Position numbers and translations under genes: made by a program. The notes under the pieces were generated by a model, which saw nothing but the letters and a program-made list of their open reading frames with translations, made no database searches and had not been told where the DNA came from. DNA of 63,463 bases, counting the filler, from Asterionella formosa (taxonomy: Eukaryota), in NCBI GenBank assembly GCA_002256025.1. It is 7 parts of 7 records of this genome, joined end to end, with 100 filler letters (N's around TTAATTAATTAA, not from the genome) between each part and the next. Parts side by side here need not be neighbours in the genome. Positions count along the whole stretch, not along the records: positions 18,170 to 27,152 come from NKIB01011338.1; positions 27,253 to 36,233 come from NKIB01011339.1; 5 more parts are not named here. The stretch is one strand, 5' to 3'. This document shows, piece by piece, positions 25,032-36,208 of the stretch; position 1 is the stretch's first letter; every line of letters begins with the position of its first letter.

Positions 25032-25899
25032 TCAGCAGCAAAAATCTGCAGGAACTGAACTAGTTAATAAAGTGTTGCTCAATTCTAGTCTAATGTGACT
25101 TGTTTTAAGTCCAGGCCATATCTCAGCTGGCACTGTACCTGTGAATTTATTGGAGGAAAAAGATAAATAAGTGAGATTTGTCAAGATTCCGATCTCTGTG
25201 GAGGAAAAAGATAGATAAGTGAGACTTGTCAAGAATTCCAATCTCTGTGGAAAGTGTGCCATTGAATGTATTAGAGGGCAAATATAGATAAATGAGACTT
25301 GTCAAGAGTCCAATCACTGTGAGCAGTGTGCCGGTGAAATTATTTGAGCCCAAATATAGATCTGTGAGACTTGTCAAGAGTCCAATCTTTGTGGAAAGTA
25401 TACCATTGAAAGTATTGAAAGACAACCATAGAACAATGAGACTTGTCAACAGTCCAATCTCGGTGGGAAGTATGCCAATGAAATATTGTTTGTACAAAAA
25501 AGTAGTGTCACAAGGATAGTATGTTTGTCCAAACAAAACAACCACGGACTGGGTGGTCATGCACTGGAGGGTAGGAAAACGACTAGTTGACTGGGTGGTC
25601 ACTGGAGCAGATGTTATTGGGGATGATATCACTGTTGCCCAAGTAGGTCTTTGTGTCACTGGTACCCTAGTGGGTCTTTGTGTCACTGATTCCCCAGTGT
25701 GTTTTCGAGTCACTGGTGCCCCAGTGGGTCTTTGTGTCATAGGTGCCCCAGTGGGTCTTGAGGTTTCTGTTTTGTCTTTGGTAGGTCTTGGACTACTGGT
25801 GGCCAGGTAGGTCTTTGTGTCACTGATGCCCCAGTGGGTCTTGAGGTTTCTGTTTTGTATTTGGTAGGTTGTTGTGTTACTGGTGCCCAGGTAGGTCAT
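25032..25899 (-). pseudogene. Decayed PT-repeat plus leucine-rich-repeat gene
   Basis: GILPTEIGLLTSL..L.LS.N.F.G type 24-aa LRRs preceded by 30-bp TQRPTGAPV repeats; frameshifts and a truncated repeat. Confidence 0.7.
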
Positions 25900-26978
25900 T
25901 GGGCAAGTGGTGCTTTGTTTGTTGGTGTTGCTGTTCTAATGCAACTTGTTTTATCATTGATGAAAATGCATCGAGAGTTTTATTAGTAAATGTTGGAATT
26001 TGTGCATTGTTAGGTGACAATGTTTCATTTCCTACCAAAATATTTGGTTGAGTGAGTCTGTTGACGAAGAACTAGGGATTGACAAACTCGACATAATAGC
26101 AAATATGACACTGCCATCACCATTGTGACTAAAGAGGCTCAAATAAGCAGTACTGGAATTCTGAAGGCCATGCAGGAAACTTTGGACATTCCATTCGGCT
26201 GCAGCGCCATAACCAATGATGATAATGCATGACAGGATCAAATTCATTCAAATTTTGCAATGGATTGGCAATACCATAGTATATTTCCAACTTGAGTGAG
26301 CAACCTCTCCAAAATCTTAGGATCTGAAATTGATAATCAACCCTTGATTTTGATAATTTGAGGAAAAACTGTAAAGTGACAGCTACTACATGCACAAGAA
26401 AAAGTGTGTCATATTCCAATTTGGTATCTTTTTGACACTGTCAATTTCCCAAGAGGTTGCTTGGTTGAATTGTATCTGTGTTTGTTCACTCTACTCCAGA
26501 ATTTCTATTTGGCAATGGTAACTGGTATTCCCTCTCTTCAACTACCTGGTACTGGTGCTGGGTACCACCAGGTACCAGACAAGGTACCTGGCACAGAGTA
26601 CTGGTATACCCATAGTTGGTTAGCCATAGTTCCGAGGTGGCAGGTTCGATTCCCACATTCTTCATCTACCGGGACTTTGTTAATGCAGTCCTTATATACC
26701 AATAGTCTACCATGAGGCAACCTATTGGTACCAGTGTAATTGTTCCTATGCATTTGTGCATAATGTATGCATGTGGCTTATGATGTGCTCATTATTGTGT
26801 CAAGTCAGTCACAGTCTAGTATCATACCTGGTTTCACATTTCTCTGGTTTCAAGAAGTATGAAGAGGGAAGCACCACATAGACTACCAGGTACTCATGCA
26901 TATCATCAACCATCAATGACAAAGTAGTCTATACAATAAGCATACTGGGGATGACAAACAATGGAGTCAATCAATCTA

Positions 26979-27152
26979 TTAGATAGGCTTGCCTATTGGC
27001 TTTCCTGTTTGCGTAGGGACAGATGTTGGATTCTTGGTGATTGGAGCTGCAGTAGTAGGTTTCGATGTGATTGGGGCTGCAGTAGTAGGTTTAGATGTGA
27101 TTGGGGCTGCAGTAGTAGGTGAAGATGTGAATGGGGCTGCAGTAGTAGGTTT
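26979..27152 (-). CDS. 3' end of a gene with PTTAAPITSK repeats (30-bp tandem repeats); remainder lies beyond the contig end
   Basis: Four 30-bp units; the minus strand reads KPTTAAPFTSSPTTAAPITSK...GKPI-stop. Confidence 0.5.
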   Translation of the reverse strand, partial: KPTTAAPFTSSPTTAAPITSKPTTAAPITSKPTTAAPITKNPTSVPTQTGKPIGKPI

Positions 27153-27252
27153 NNNNNNNNNNNNNNNNNNNNNNNNNNNNNNNNNNNNNNNNNNNNTTAA
27201 TTAATTAANNNNNNNNNNNNNNNNNNNNNNNNNNNNNNNNNNNNNNNNNNNN

Positions 27253-27460
27253 GTTGTCGTGTGAATATTTCGTAGCCACCATTCATCATTCTTGTATCCG
27301 AGGCAAGCAAACAATAATCTTTCCCAGCGACAGCTGAAACTAATCCGCCATTTAGTTCGTATGGTTCGAAATCATTTCCTATCACAAGGACGGGAAGATG
27401 AGCAAATACTACTACTGCTACTGCTATTATGAGAGCATCAAGTGTACTATGAAGCAACAT
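27253..27460 (-). CDS. 20S proteasome beta6 (PSMB1/Pre7-type) N-terminal part with signal peptide; probable periplastid isoform; 3' truncated
   Basis: FEPYELNGGLVSAVAGKDYCLLASDTRM..GYEI matches the beta6 N-terminus and is preceded by hydrophobic LIIAVAVVVFAHLPVLV. Confidence 0.8.
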
Positions 27461-27786
27461 CGTTCTGTGGCTGTTCCCTCCTGGACAACAAAATATATAT
27501 TTATCATTACAAGTCGCCGATTCTTTGTGCAGAGGTATAGCGGTATACCGATATTTAAATAATTCTACCTGTCACCATATATGGAGAACTCCTCTCGCGC
27601 AAAAGAAAAAGGATGCCGTGAATATATTTTATTTATACCACCAGTACATAGTAAACTACTCTTTTTATATACCAGTACACCACCAGCAAAATATTTATAT
27701 GCATCAAATAAACATGAAAAAATACTAGACTATTTTGCAACATTGTTATAGTCAATGATCCACAATGAGCCATGAACATTGAAATT

Positions 27787-28120
27787 AGGCCGTTGCTAGT
27801 GGTGGACCAAAATGCCAACCAAACAGTGTTTTGGTTTCAGCAACCCTAAAAAACGATGCTATCAGGAGTGAAAACCCAACGCAAATGCAATATGTTTAGG
27901 GGATTAGGAATCATAATATTTCATTTTGTAAGAATAGTCTAATAGAAATAATTCACTTTTTTTATAATGGTTTTGTCATCCTATGTCACAGTAGATGGGT
28001 GGTTGACAACATTTAGGATTTCCCAAAAACCGATAGCATCGTTTTTGCGTCAGTCTGACCAAAACCAATCCAAAATTAAGTTTTTGGGTTTTGGTTTGGG
28101 TCAATGGTTAGCAATGGCCT
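27787..28120. mobile_element. ~334-bp MITE, PIF/Harbinger (Tourist)-like
   Basis: TIR AGGCCGTTGCTA / TAGCAATGGCCT plus internal inverted repeat AAAAACGATGCTATC / GATAGCATCGTTTTT; AT-rich core. The superfamily assignment is tentative. Confidence 0.6.
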
Positions 28121-28631
28121 TGATACCTTATAATGTATATGGGTAGACTAAAAATATTAGACTCTTTATAAAGTCTTATGTATGGATCACTTCATGTATC
28201 ACAAGGCCCTAAGGTGGTATGCAATTCATGAGTAAGTAAGATTTTGTGTTTCACAACAAAAGGCATAGTTTTGGTCTAGAGTACAGGTGTTGTACATAGA
28301 GTCATGAAGACCTTGAAACCTAAAGAGTTACCAGTAAAATCTTCAAATATTTTCTTTTGTTAATTTCACTGTTAGTTACATGGCTAGGATTTGCTATATG
28401 AAGGAAGACAATCACCTTCAGCCAATTAAGAAAGCCAGTACATTTGAGTTCACAACCTGCCCCCATTCAGCAATATCGGTTTCCTACTAGAGTACTGGCT
28501 GAAGTAATGTTCAACGTGAGGAGGGAGGACTCTATAACATTGATATTTCCCAATAGTTTTAGTACATAGGCTAGTATTACCTGTTCCACAATTGCAGGAG
28601 ATCAAACCCCATTCATGATTCTTTGCATGCA

Positions 28632-29528
28632 TCAGATTTTCCCTAAAGAGTTTGCATTCAAGGCAGTAATGGCCTCATCACGCTTTCTCTTGAAGATCCC
28701 GAGAGTTCGCTTTGCTTCCTTTGCTACTGACGAATCGGAATCGTACAACTCAGCGCGTTTAAGGTCAAGGAGCTCCTGGCGTATGTCCTTCACATTCTTC
28801 CTGTACGAGACCACCACTTCCAACAGTTCCTTCTCTTTGCGAATAGCATCTCTCTCCTTCTCCTTGCGCAAAGCGTCTCTCTCCCGAGCCATCAGCGTGG
28901 ACTTTTCGTTCGTACGGGACTGAGTAGTAGCAATAGCAGTAGTACTTGCCTTCTCCTTCTGGTTTGCCCGGGCGGAAGTAGTGGCTGTTACTCGGGCAAC
29001 AACAGCGCCATTGCAGATCGCCAATTCTTGTGCAGTAGTGGCAGCAGCAGCAGCAGCAACCTCATCAGTGGTTATTGCTGCTATGGCAGCAGCTGCCAAA
29101 TCATCATTATCATCCTGTTGCTGTAAGGGCGGCACTTCTGGATACACCAGGTCATTGTCACGATGATGCCGCCGGACAATGAGCGCACAGGTATATTCCT
29201 TTCTCTTGTTCTTGTAGCCAGGAATTTTATTCTTGACACAGAACCTGCGCAACGCTTGCAGTGTCAGCTGCTTCAGGTCCCAGCCATTGATGGAGATCAA
29301 TTCTTTCGTGACCTCGTCAAAGACAATGTCATTTATGGTCGTGGTTGATAACCATTGTTCAATATGGGGGCTTCTGATGGGATCAGCTTTCCCGTCGAGA
29401 GGTGTTGGTGGAGTTGGAAGAAGTTCTGGAGCTTCTTGCTTGGTATCAACAACATTTGCTCGATCGGCGATGTGAGTAACGACCGGCGGTGGCGGTGTTG
29501 GTGTTGGTGTTGGTGCGGAGGAGGACAT
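28632..29528 (-). CDS. Uncharacterised protein: Pro-rich N-terminus, LRxxC...GYxN helical domain, Ala-rich linker, C-terminal coiled-coil
   Basis: Intact ~298-codon GC-rich ORF; the domain is shared with ORF 4321-5286. Confidence 0.7.
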   Translation of the reverse strand: MSSSAPTPTPTPPPPVVTHIADRANVVDTKQEAPELLPTPPTPLDGKADPIRSPHIEQWLSTTTINDIVFDEVTKELISINGWDLKQLTLQALRRFCVKNKIPGYKNKRKEYTCALIVRRHHRDNDLVYPEVPPLQQQDDNDDLAAAAIAAITTDEVAAAAAATTAQELAICNGAVVARVTATTSARANQKEKASTTAIATTQSRTNEKSTLMARERDALRKEKERDAIRKEKELLEVVVSYRKNVKDIRQELLDLKRAELYDSDSSVAKEAKRTLGIFKRKRDEAITALNANSLGKI

Positions 29529-29689
29529 TGCAGGAGGAGACGTAGTTTTGTGAAGAAAGACACCGGACCGGCAATGGTTTAGCGAGGTAAACTCCACGAA
29601 AATTGAATGAATTCGAGGTACAAGATACAAATTTTACCAGGAAAAGCGACGGAGATACCAACAGATTTTAAATACGTAATCTACGGCAC

Positions 29690-30300
29690 CGGTAAACGTA
29701 CCGGTACATAGCTTCATCTTGATTGCTACCTGGTACCAGGTACCAGGTACCGTATGAAATGCTGTCCCCTGTACAGTATGGTACGTTCCAGGAACACGTA
29801 CCTTTGTACGTGGTACCAAGTAGAATTGCTGACGTCATATTGTCGCTGCACCACAATGCACCATTGTTACAGACCTACTGGTACTGGTTCTGGTACTGGT
29901 ACTGGTACCAGGTACCAGGTACCAGGTACCAGGTACCAGGTACCAGGTACCAGGTACCAGGTACCAGGTACTGGAGTTCCAGGGACTATGAGTGCACGTA
30001 GACTAACTGTTACCTTGCACCCTGGACCAGGTACCAGTACCCTGGTACCAGTACCATACTCTTCGGTACCTGGTACCAGGTACCAGGTACCAGGTAGTAT
30101 GTATGGGCGGAACCGTCGGATTCAAATTGGTGCACCCCTCTGGTCGTGGTACCTGGTACCTGGTACCAGGTACCTGGTAACATCACTGGTACCGGTACCT
30201 GGTACCAGGTACCTGGTAACAGTACCCTGTGCGTACCGGTTGGGCATGGTATACCTGGTAACCAGATACAACAACTGCCGACCGGCAGGTACATACATAC
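29690..30300. repeat. (TACCWGG)n heptamer-rich region including a pure array at ~29903-29970
   Basis: Runs of TACCAGG and TACCTGG with orientation switches; similar tracts at ~26545-26610, 46425-46750, 53020-53050 and 57535-58005. Confidence 0.9.
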
Positions 30301-30933
30301 GGGTTTGACTGGGAGTTTAACCACGTTCCCTGTAAATACAAGCCATTATATTCGACCGAGGGCATTGATCAATAAATTTTGACATCAATACCAGTGTAAC
30401 AACACAGTACGTACACATGTAATCTCTGACCAATAAGCAATAACCATACCGGTATACAAATATGTGGTTCAATATGTATTTATCTAGCATACTAACTATA
30501 GGAGTAATAATATCTCTTCGATGGGACAGGAGGGCACCTACCTGTGCTACTGGATATACTGACACAAAGAATAGCAGGAATGGCAAGTTGTCAAGATGTA
30601 CTCGGTATACCGGTAGGCATGTTGCTGAGCTCTTGCCTTCAAAGTAGACCTATGGGTAGTACAAGTGATTATAGAGGTACCTGTACATATGAGTCAACGT
30701 TCGAATGAGGACAACTGTCACGACAGCGCTTTCAACTTTGACCTCCGTCTAATGGGAAGGAAAACGAGTCAATGCGACGATGAAAACGGTACCAAAAGGT
30801 AGAGACTTAGAGACTTGAAAATTTTATAACATCATTTAGATCTAATACACGTGATAGTAGCTAGAGGATTAATTCCCTGGCTGGGAACTACAATTGCGTT
30901 TCTTGCAAATCGAGTAAGGAAAACTTTTTTGAT

Positions 30934-31998
30934 TTAACATGACTCCTCCAATTCTTCAGGATTGTCAGACTTGTTCGAATCGCCCATATCTTCATCGGAA
31001 GCCCCTTCGCGAGTCTGCGCTTCCACATCAGTTTCGTCAATAGTCTTTCCACTCTTTGAAACTGAACTAGCGAGGACAGCCTCTGCTTCAATGAGCTTCT
31101 TAGTAGCCCGCCACTTCAAGTAGTGAAGTGAACATCCAAACGCAAGAAACAACCAAAAGGTGCAAATCTGCATCACAGTTCGGGAGGACGAGAATCCAAA
31201 TGGCTTTAGCAAAACCATGGGAAGTCTACTGGTGCTCCAGAATGGGTTCGTAATATCGTACACTTCCCTAGATTCTCCATTTGGCCAGTACTCTTCGAAT
31301 TCATGAATGCCACCAACAAAGAGTCCTACTGCGAGAAAAAGAGTAAGGCCCCCCAAGAAAACAGCGATCCCTGTTTTGTTGGTCATTTTGTTGTTGGCAA
31401 TATACAAACCAATTCCGATGAACAGAGCGACCGCAGCACCCGCCAAGGCAGAAATGGGAATAGCCTTTGTTCCACTTCCTAGGAAAAAAGGGATGAGGAA
31501 GACACCACACTCGGCAACTTCACGCCAGATATTCCAAGAAACATTGAAGCGAATTTCTTGCACTGTCAAGCCAAGTTCCGCCTCCTTTTCTTCGTCGGTC
31601 AAGACAGGTTTAGGCTTTTTGCATGGGATGAGAGAGACCTTTCGGTAGATTCCCAGCCATCCAGGGACCTTTAAAGACATTTGAAGGATGCAAACAGAAG
31701 CAACAACTTTGGAGACTCCTTCAATGATTGCAACAGGTTTGTCGTCAAGATTCTTTGACAAAATGCCTAAAGGAATGGCAACGGCCAAGACAACAAGGAT
31801 GGCAACAAAACTGGCCCAGGAAGCCGCGACTGTCACTGCCCGAAGATTTCGCTTCTTCGTCTCCTCATCCATGTGTTCGGATTTGTTGATCACAGTTCTG
31901 TAGTTGCCGATGATAATGCTGGCTTCCAGAACCTCACGGGCAAAGATGGTGGCAATAGCCACGTTGAAGAGACTGTTCGCACTGCTGTCTGAACTCAT
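30934..31998 (-). CDS. FTR1: High-affinity iron permease, FTR1 family
   Basis: Two RExxE motifs (REVLE, REVAE), about 7 TM segments, GIHEFEE, PFGF and an acidic tail. Confidence 0.92.
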   Translation of the reverse strand: MSSDSSANSLFNVAIATIFAREVLEASIIIGNYRTVINKSEHMDEETKKRNLRAVTVAASWASFVAILVVLAVAIPLGILSKNLDDKPVAIIEGVSKVVASVCILQMSLKVPGWLGIYRKVSLIPCKKPKPVLTDEEKEAELGLTVQEIRFNVSWNIWREVAECGVFLIPFFLGSGTKAIPISALAGAAVALFIGIGLYIANNKMTNKTGIAVFLGGLTLFLAVGLFVGGIHEFEEYWPNGESREVYDITNPFWSTSRLPMVLLKPFGFSSSRTVMQICTFWLFLAFGCSLHYLKWRATKKLIEAEAVLASSVSKSGKTIDETDVEAQTREGASDEDMGDSNKSDNPEELEESC

Positions 31999-33329
31999 GA
32001 TTGGCAATGATTAGTTAACTTGGTAATTTAATGGGAAGGTGGATTAACAGGAAAAGTAGAGCAGATGTACAGAAATATGGGCAATCACTTGCTAAAACGG
32101 ACTCCACAATAAATAGACATGTGCACATTATGCCGATGCTTTTCATAGACTTGCATCCTCCTGACGTCATGCGTCGCGAGCCTATCGAAAAACTATGGAT
32201 ATCCTTTACATCCAAGTGGAACATAGGGGCAATTGGCTTCACATGTTTTATAGAATTAATAATTGAAGTGCATGGGTCGGGTGCGTGTCTGGAGCACTTC
32301 TCCGCACGCATTGCTCCTTTCACATACACCGGCGTCCATTTTAATTGTGAGCAACGACTGACTACCGTATGTTCATGACCACCGATATACCGGCAATTGT
32401 ATACCGTTTGGTACCCCAGCACCAGGTACCTACGTTTGTATTGATGTGCCGGTATACAAGAGAAAGTTGCTGTCATTTGGGTGCTTTGACACGATTGTGC
32501 TCTCTCTGGAAAGATTCATTTTTTCTGAAGATACAATAAAAAATAATAAAATTTTTTATTTGTATCTCTGTTAAGATTGCCCCTTTTTTACTTACGATAT
32601 GTAGCTATGTAGTTGTCACATGCAACATGTTGTTCCTCAAACTAGTTGCAACATCTAGATATGACAAAAATGCAATTGATTTTACTGGGCAAAAAAATTC
32701 TTTAATTCTTTTCATTGTTCACAGCTACATTAATATCATTTTGTCACTGCAATTGCTAGAATGGAAAAGAGGGTTGGTTGAAAATCTATTTCCTTCAAGA
32801 TGTCCCTGCCAATCCTGGTCACATTTCAAACTGAAGCTAAAAAATAAATACGGCGAGCTTAAGTCTGAAATGTGACAAGGATTGGCTGAGAGATGAAGAA
32901 GTTGACAATCATGAAGTGACAATAATATAAATTTATGGACTTTTATATCTCTTTTGACTTAAAAGCAGCATGTACAAGGAGTGTCATCATGATGATGATA
33001 CAGATACATACAAAGGATTGTCACAATGATGAGCCTGTTTCAAGTGACAATTACTCTACTGCTAATTGGGATGTTTGGCTACGCTTTTCCAGAGTGCTGC
33101 CTGTTGACCTTGAAGTATGTTAACGTATTGCGATGAGTGCTACTTTTTTACAGAAGAAAGCTCAGAGTTGTACATAACTCAATTGAATGCAGTTATTCTT
33201 TTTCGACAATAATCGGCAATCAAGAGTAGGTTGATAGTAGCACCCACTTCATCCACCAATCAACCAGTGCCGCAATGAAATGTTACCCACCAAAGCATCA
33301 AATCATGCTAGAATAAAACAAGCGCCACA

Positions 33330-33645
33330 ACAGCAACAAGCAACATCTACGAAATCAAAAACAAGACTGTTTTCAGTACACACAAGCGCCCACAATAAAC
33401 AACAAGCATGCAAGCACCATTGTGACAATGGTACCGGAAGATCTCACTGCCAAGAACCAACAGAAGGCATAATAAGCGCTGCAACAGCAATGACATCTAC
33501 GAAATCAAGAGCAAGACTGTTTTCACAACACACAACAAAAAAGCAACCACAACAAGCAACAAGCAACAACCAACAAGCACAATGGTACCAGAAGATCTCA
33601 CTGCCAAGAACCAAGACAAGGCATAATGATAATCACATCTACAAA
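33330..33645. repeat. ~151-bp tandem duplication
   Basis: ACATCTACGAAATCAA.A.CAAGACTGTTTTCA and AATGGTACC.GAAGATCTCACTGCCAAGAACCAA each occur twice, about 151 bp apart. Confidence 0.8.
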
Positions 33646-35134
33646 TTCATAAAGAAATTTATTGTTCAATTAATAATACTCCCTAACATGTAGCTTCGAA
33701 TAGGATTGTTTGATTGGTTTTCGACTAGAAACAGTCCAGCTTTACATACCATCATACCATGTCAAATATACATTAATCATACGTAATGACATTAGTAAAT
33801 TCTGGTCCCACAATACTATCCCTATTTTTGCATAGAATACTCACCCATGTACAGCAACAGTCATACTAGGTAGTCTCCAATAAATCCAAATAGACAGGCT
33901 TGTTGCCTCTAAAGTTTGTTTTTAGATCCATAATGGTCTTAAAGGTACTGCCATGGTCGCTTGAGAGTCACTACCTTTGCCGTGTGAATTGATTTTTGGG
34001 GTATCAAATCAATTTGTCCGATGATTACTTTGTACTATTCTTAAAAGTACTATAGGGCTTTATTGGAAAGACTCGGCAAAAACTGGGGGAAAGTAGCAGA
34101 ACAAGTTTTAGCTTTAATAACAAACTTGGAAAACTGGAAAAGTTTGACTACAGGCATTGTTGCATGTGGTAGGTATAAGGATTGATGCAACCCACAGGAA
34201 ACTTGACATCATCAGCCAATCATCATTCATCATACTCCGAACATGCTGCCAGAATGAACTTGTAGTCGCTCAAAGTTGAAGGCAAATCAATGTGTCTTGA
34301 ATTCATTGATAAGCCTTGTCAAGGCAACAGGGCCATATTTTGAATAGCCTTGTTGAGTTTGCATCTGCAAATTGAAAGTATCATACAGACAAATAAAACT
34401 GGTACTAATTGTGTCCATCTATTTGGTGGGCCCGAATGCAATTATTGGATGGCTGTAATGTACTTTAAAATTTCATTGACATTTTTATCATCTATAAAAG
34501 ATCATGGGTAGTATTGTACAGTGAGTGGCACAGAATTTTATTGCTACATGATGATTGTACTGCTATTTGTATCAAAATCGCATATCATAAATATGATCAT
34601 TTGATCATTTCTTCTTGATTTTAATTGCATATCTCATGATCACTGAATACAAGCTGTTTCTACAACGTGTATAAAGGCACTCCTGGTACCAGTGCGTTGT
34701 ATGAGGGTTGAATTACTTTGCTTCATATGCTGATTGTTACTGTTGTTGTCAGAATGCCTCTTGTGGGTGTCCAAAGACTTGATATAGTCTGAAGAGTGTA
34801 TGAATGGACATATAGAAAAATAGCATGGTATGTTTGCTGATCTTGCATTTCATAATGCTGATTTCTCTTTGTATGGTTTCAAATCTGCCTATAGCTATTT
34901 ACTTGCAGTTGAACTAAAGGTTTCTTCTGTATGCTAAGAGTACTATGTGACCGATTTGGTGATGCAAGTACCAATATGAAATGGGGTAGAAGGATTAAAA
35001 TTGAAGAGGAATTGACCATACTCAGTTCATAGTATTTTATCCTTACTAGTGTTGGCAGCCCAGTTTGATGACGCATCATCCTCAAATGAAAAGCTGGTTC
35101 GGAATCTCCTCCCTCACGTTGACAAGTCAGCTAG

Positions 35135-35797
35135 TCAGTCCTTCTTAGCTTTCACCTTTGTGGTACCTCCCCCCAGAGTTCCCAAGATGTACCCTATCAT
35201 GGTACCAAAGAATACCCCGATAAACAAAAGCAAGAGAGCTGCATTCTTGCGCAGCGCAATAATGTGCTCGAAATCGTCAGACAACATGGATAAGTGAGGC
35301 TTCGAATGGATAAACTTGATCAATTTTTTTCGGTACACTTCTACCCAACCAGGAGGAGGAGGGACAGCATCTCCGTTATCTTTCTTGTAGCCCTCTGTGA
35401 CAAACTCCACCAGGCTTTCGAGATCCCGACTTCCCTGATATCGATACATTCGCCCTTGAGCAAAGTATAACAATAGAGGATACCCCTGAACATGGAATCT
35501 CTTTGCAAGGTCGTAATTTTTGATGGCGTCAACGTTCGCAACATTGATTCCAAATTCTGAATGGTTCTCCTTGAGCTCAGCATCCAAAGCAACCCAGACT
35601 GGTTCAAGTTTCTTGCAATGACCACACCATGTGGCGTAGAACTTGACCATCCATTTTCCAGTTGTCTGCCCAGTGCTGGCTTGCGTCAAGTGTTCGAAGG
35701 TGTCGTTTGATAGCTCAATCACTTCTCCAGATGCCCGGGAGAGCAATAGAGATACTAGCAGGACAATCGTGATGCGAACTGGGTGAATAGAAATCAT
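35135..35797 (-). CDS. ER membrane thioredoxin (TMX/PDI-like)
   Basis: Signal peptide, KFYATWCGHCK, GYP, a C-terminal TM helix and the KxKxx retrieval signal (KAKKD). Confidence 0.92.
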   Translation of the reverse strand: MISIHPVRITIVLLVSLLLSRASGEVIELSNDTFEHLTQASTGQTTGKWMVKFYATWCGHCKKLEPVWVALDAELKENHSEFGINVANVDAIKNYDLAKRFHVQGYPLLLYFAQGRMYRYQGSRDLESLVEFVTEGYKKDNGDAVPPPPGWVEVYRKKLIKFIHSKPHLSMLSDDFEHIIALRKNAALLLLFIGVFFGTMIGYILGTLGGGTTKVKAKKD

Positions 35798-36134
35798 GGT
35801 TAATCCAAGAAATAGGGTACCGGTAAGTGGATATATTATTCACAAAGCAAAGGTGATATTTGGTCAATGATGCAACCTGCATTTTATGGACGAACTGTTG
35901 TATCATTTATTATGTAACCAAGGTACCAGGTAGTATGTACATAGTGGTATACCTCCTATATCCCCCACACATAGCCAAGAGACCGCCCATGATTCGTGAT
36001 GTTTCACAATGCTGTGATGATGATCCTGAAAAACACTGAGACCACCATCACAGCTAAAGTATCGGCATCATCACCGTCCCTTGGGGATCTATGGAACCCG
36101 AAATCATACTCAAATTTGTACCAACCATCAGGTA

Positions 36135-36208
36135 CCAGGGAAGGTCCGGTAATCGATTTAGCTTAATCTTTTCGTAAGTAAAAACCTTGTTTTACCGGAC
36201 CTTGCAGG
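36135..36208. mobile_element. 74-bp MITE
   Basis: TA|CCAGGGAAGGTCCGGTAA ... TTACCGGACCTTGCAGG; related copy at 7420-7493. Confidence 0.65.

Noticed and set aside
29903..29970. Heptamer array as a telomeric repeat
   Set aside because: It is internal, switches orientation, and does not resemble TTAGGG-type repeats.
29723..30382. ORFs with YQVPGTR repeats on both strands
   Set aside because: They are by-products of the stop-free TACCWGG heptamer; there is no other coding evidence.
32110..32130. ACATGTGC upstream of FTR1 as a diatom iron-responsive motif
   Set aside because: It is a single imperfect short match that could be expected by chance.
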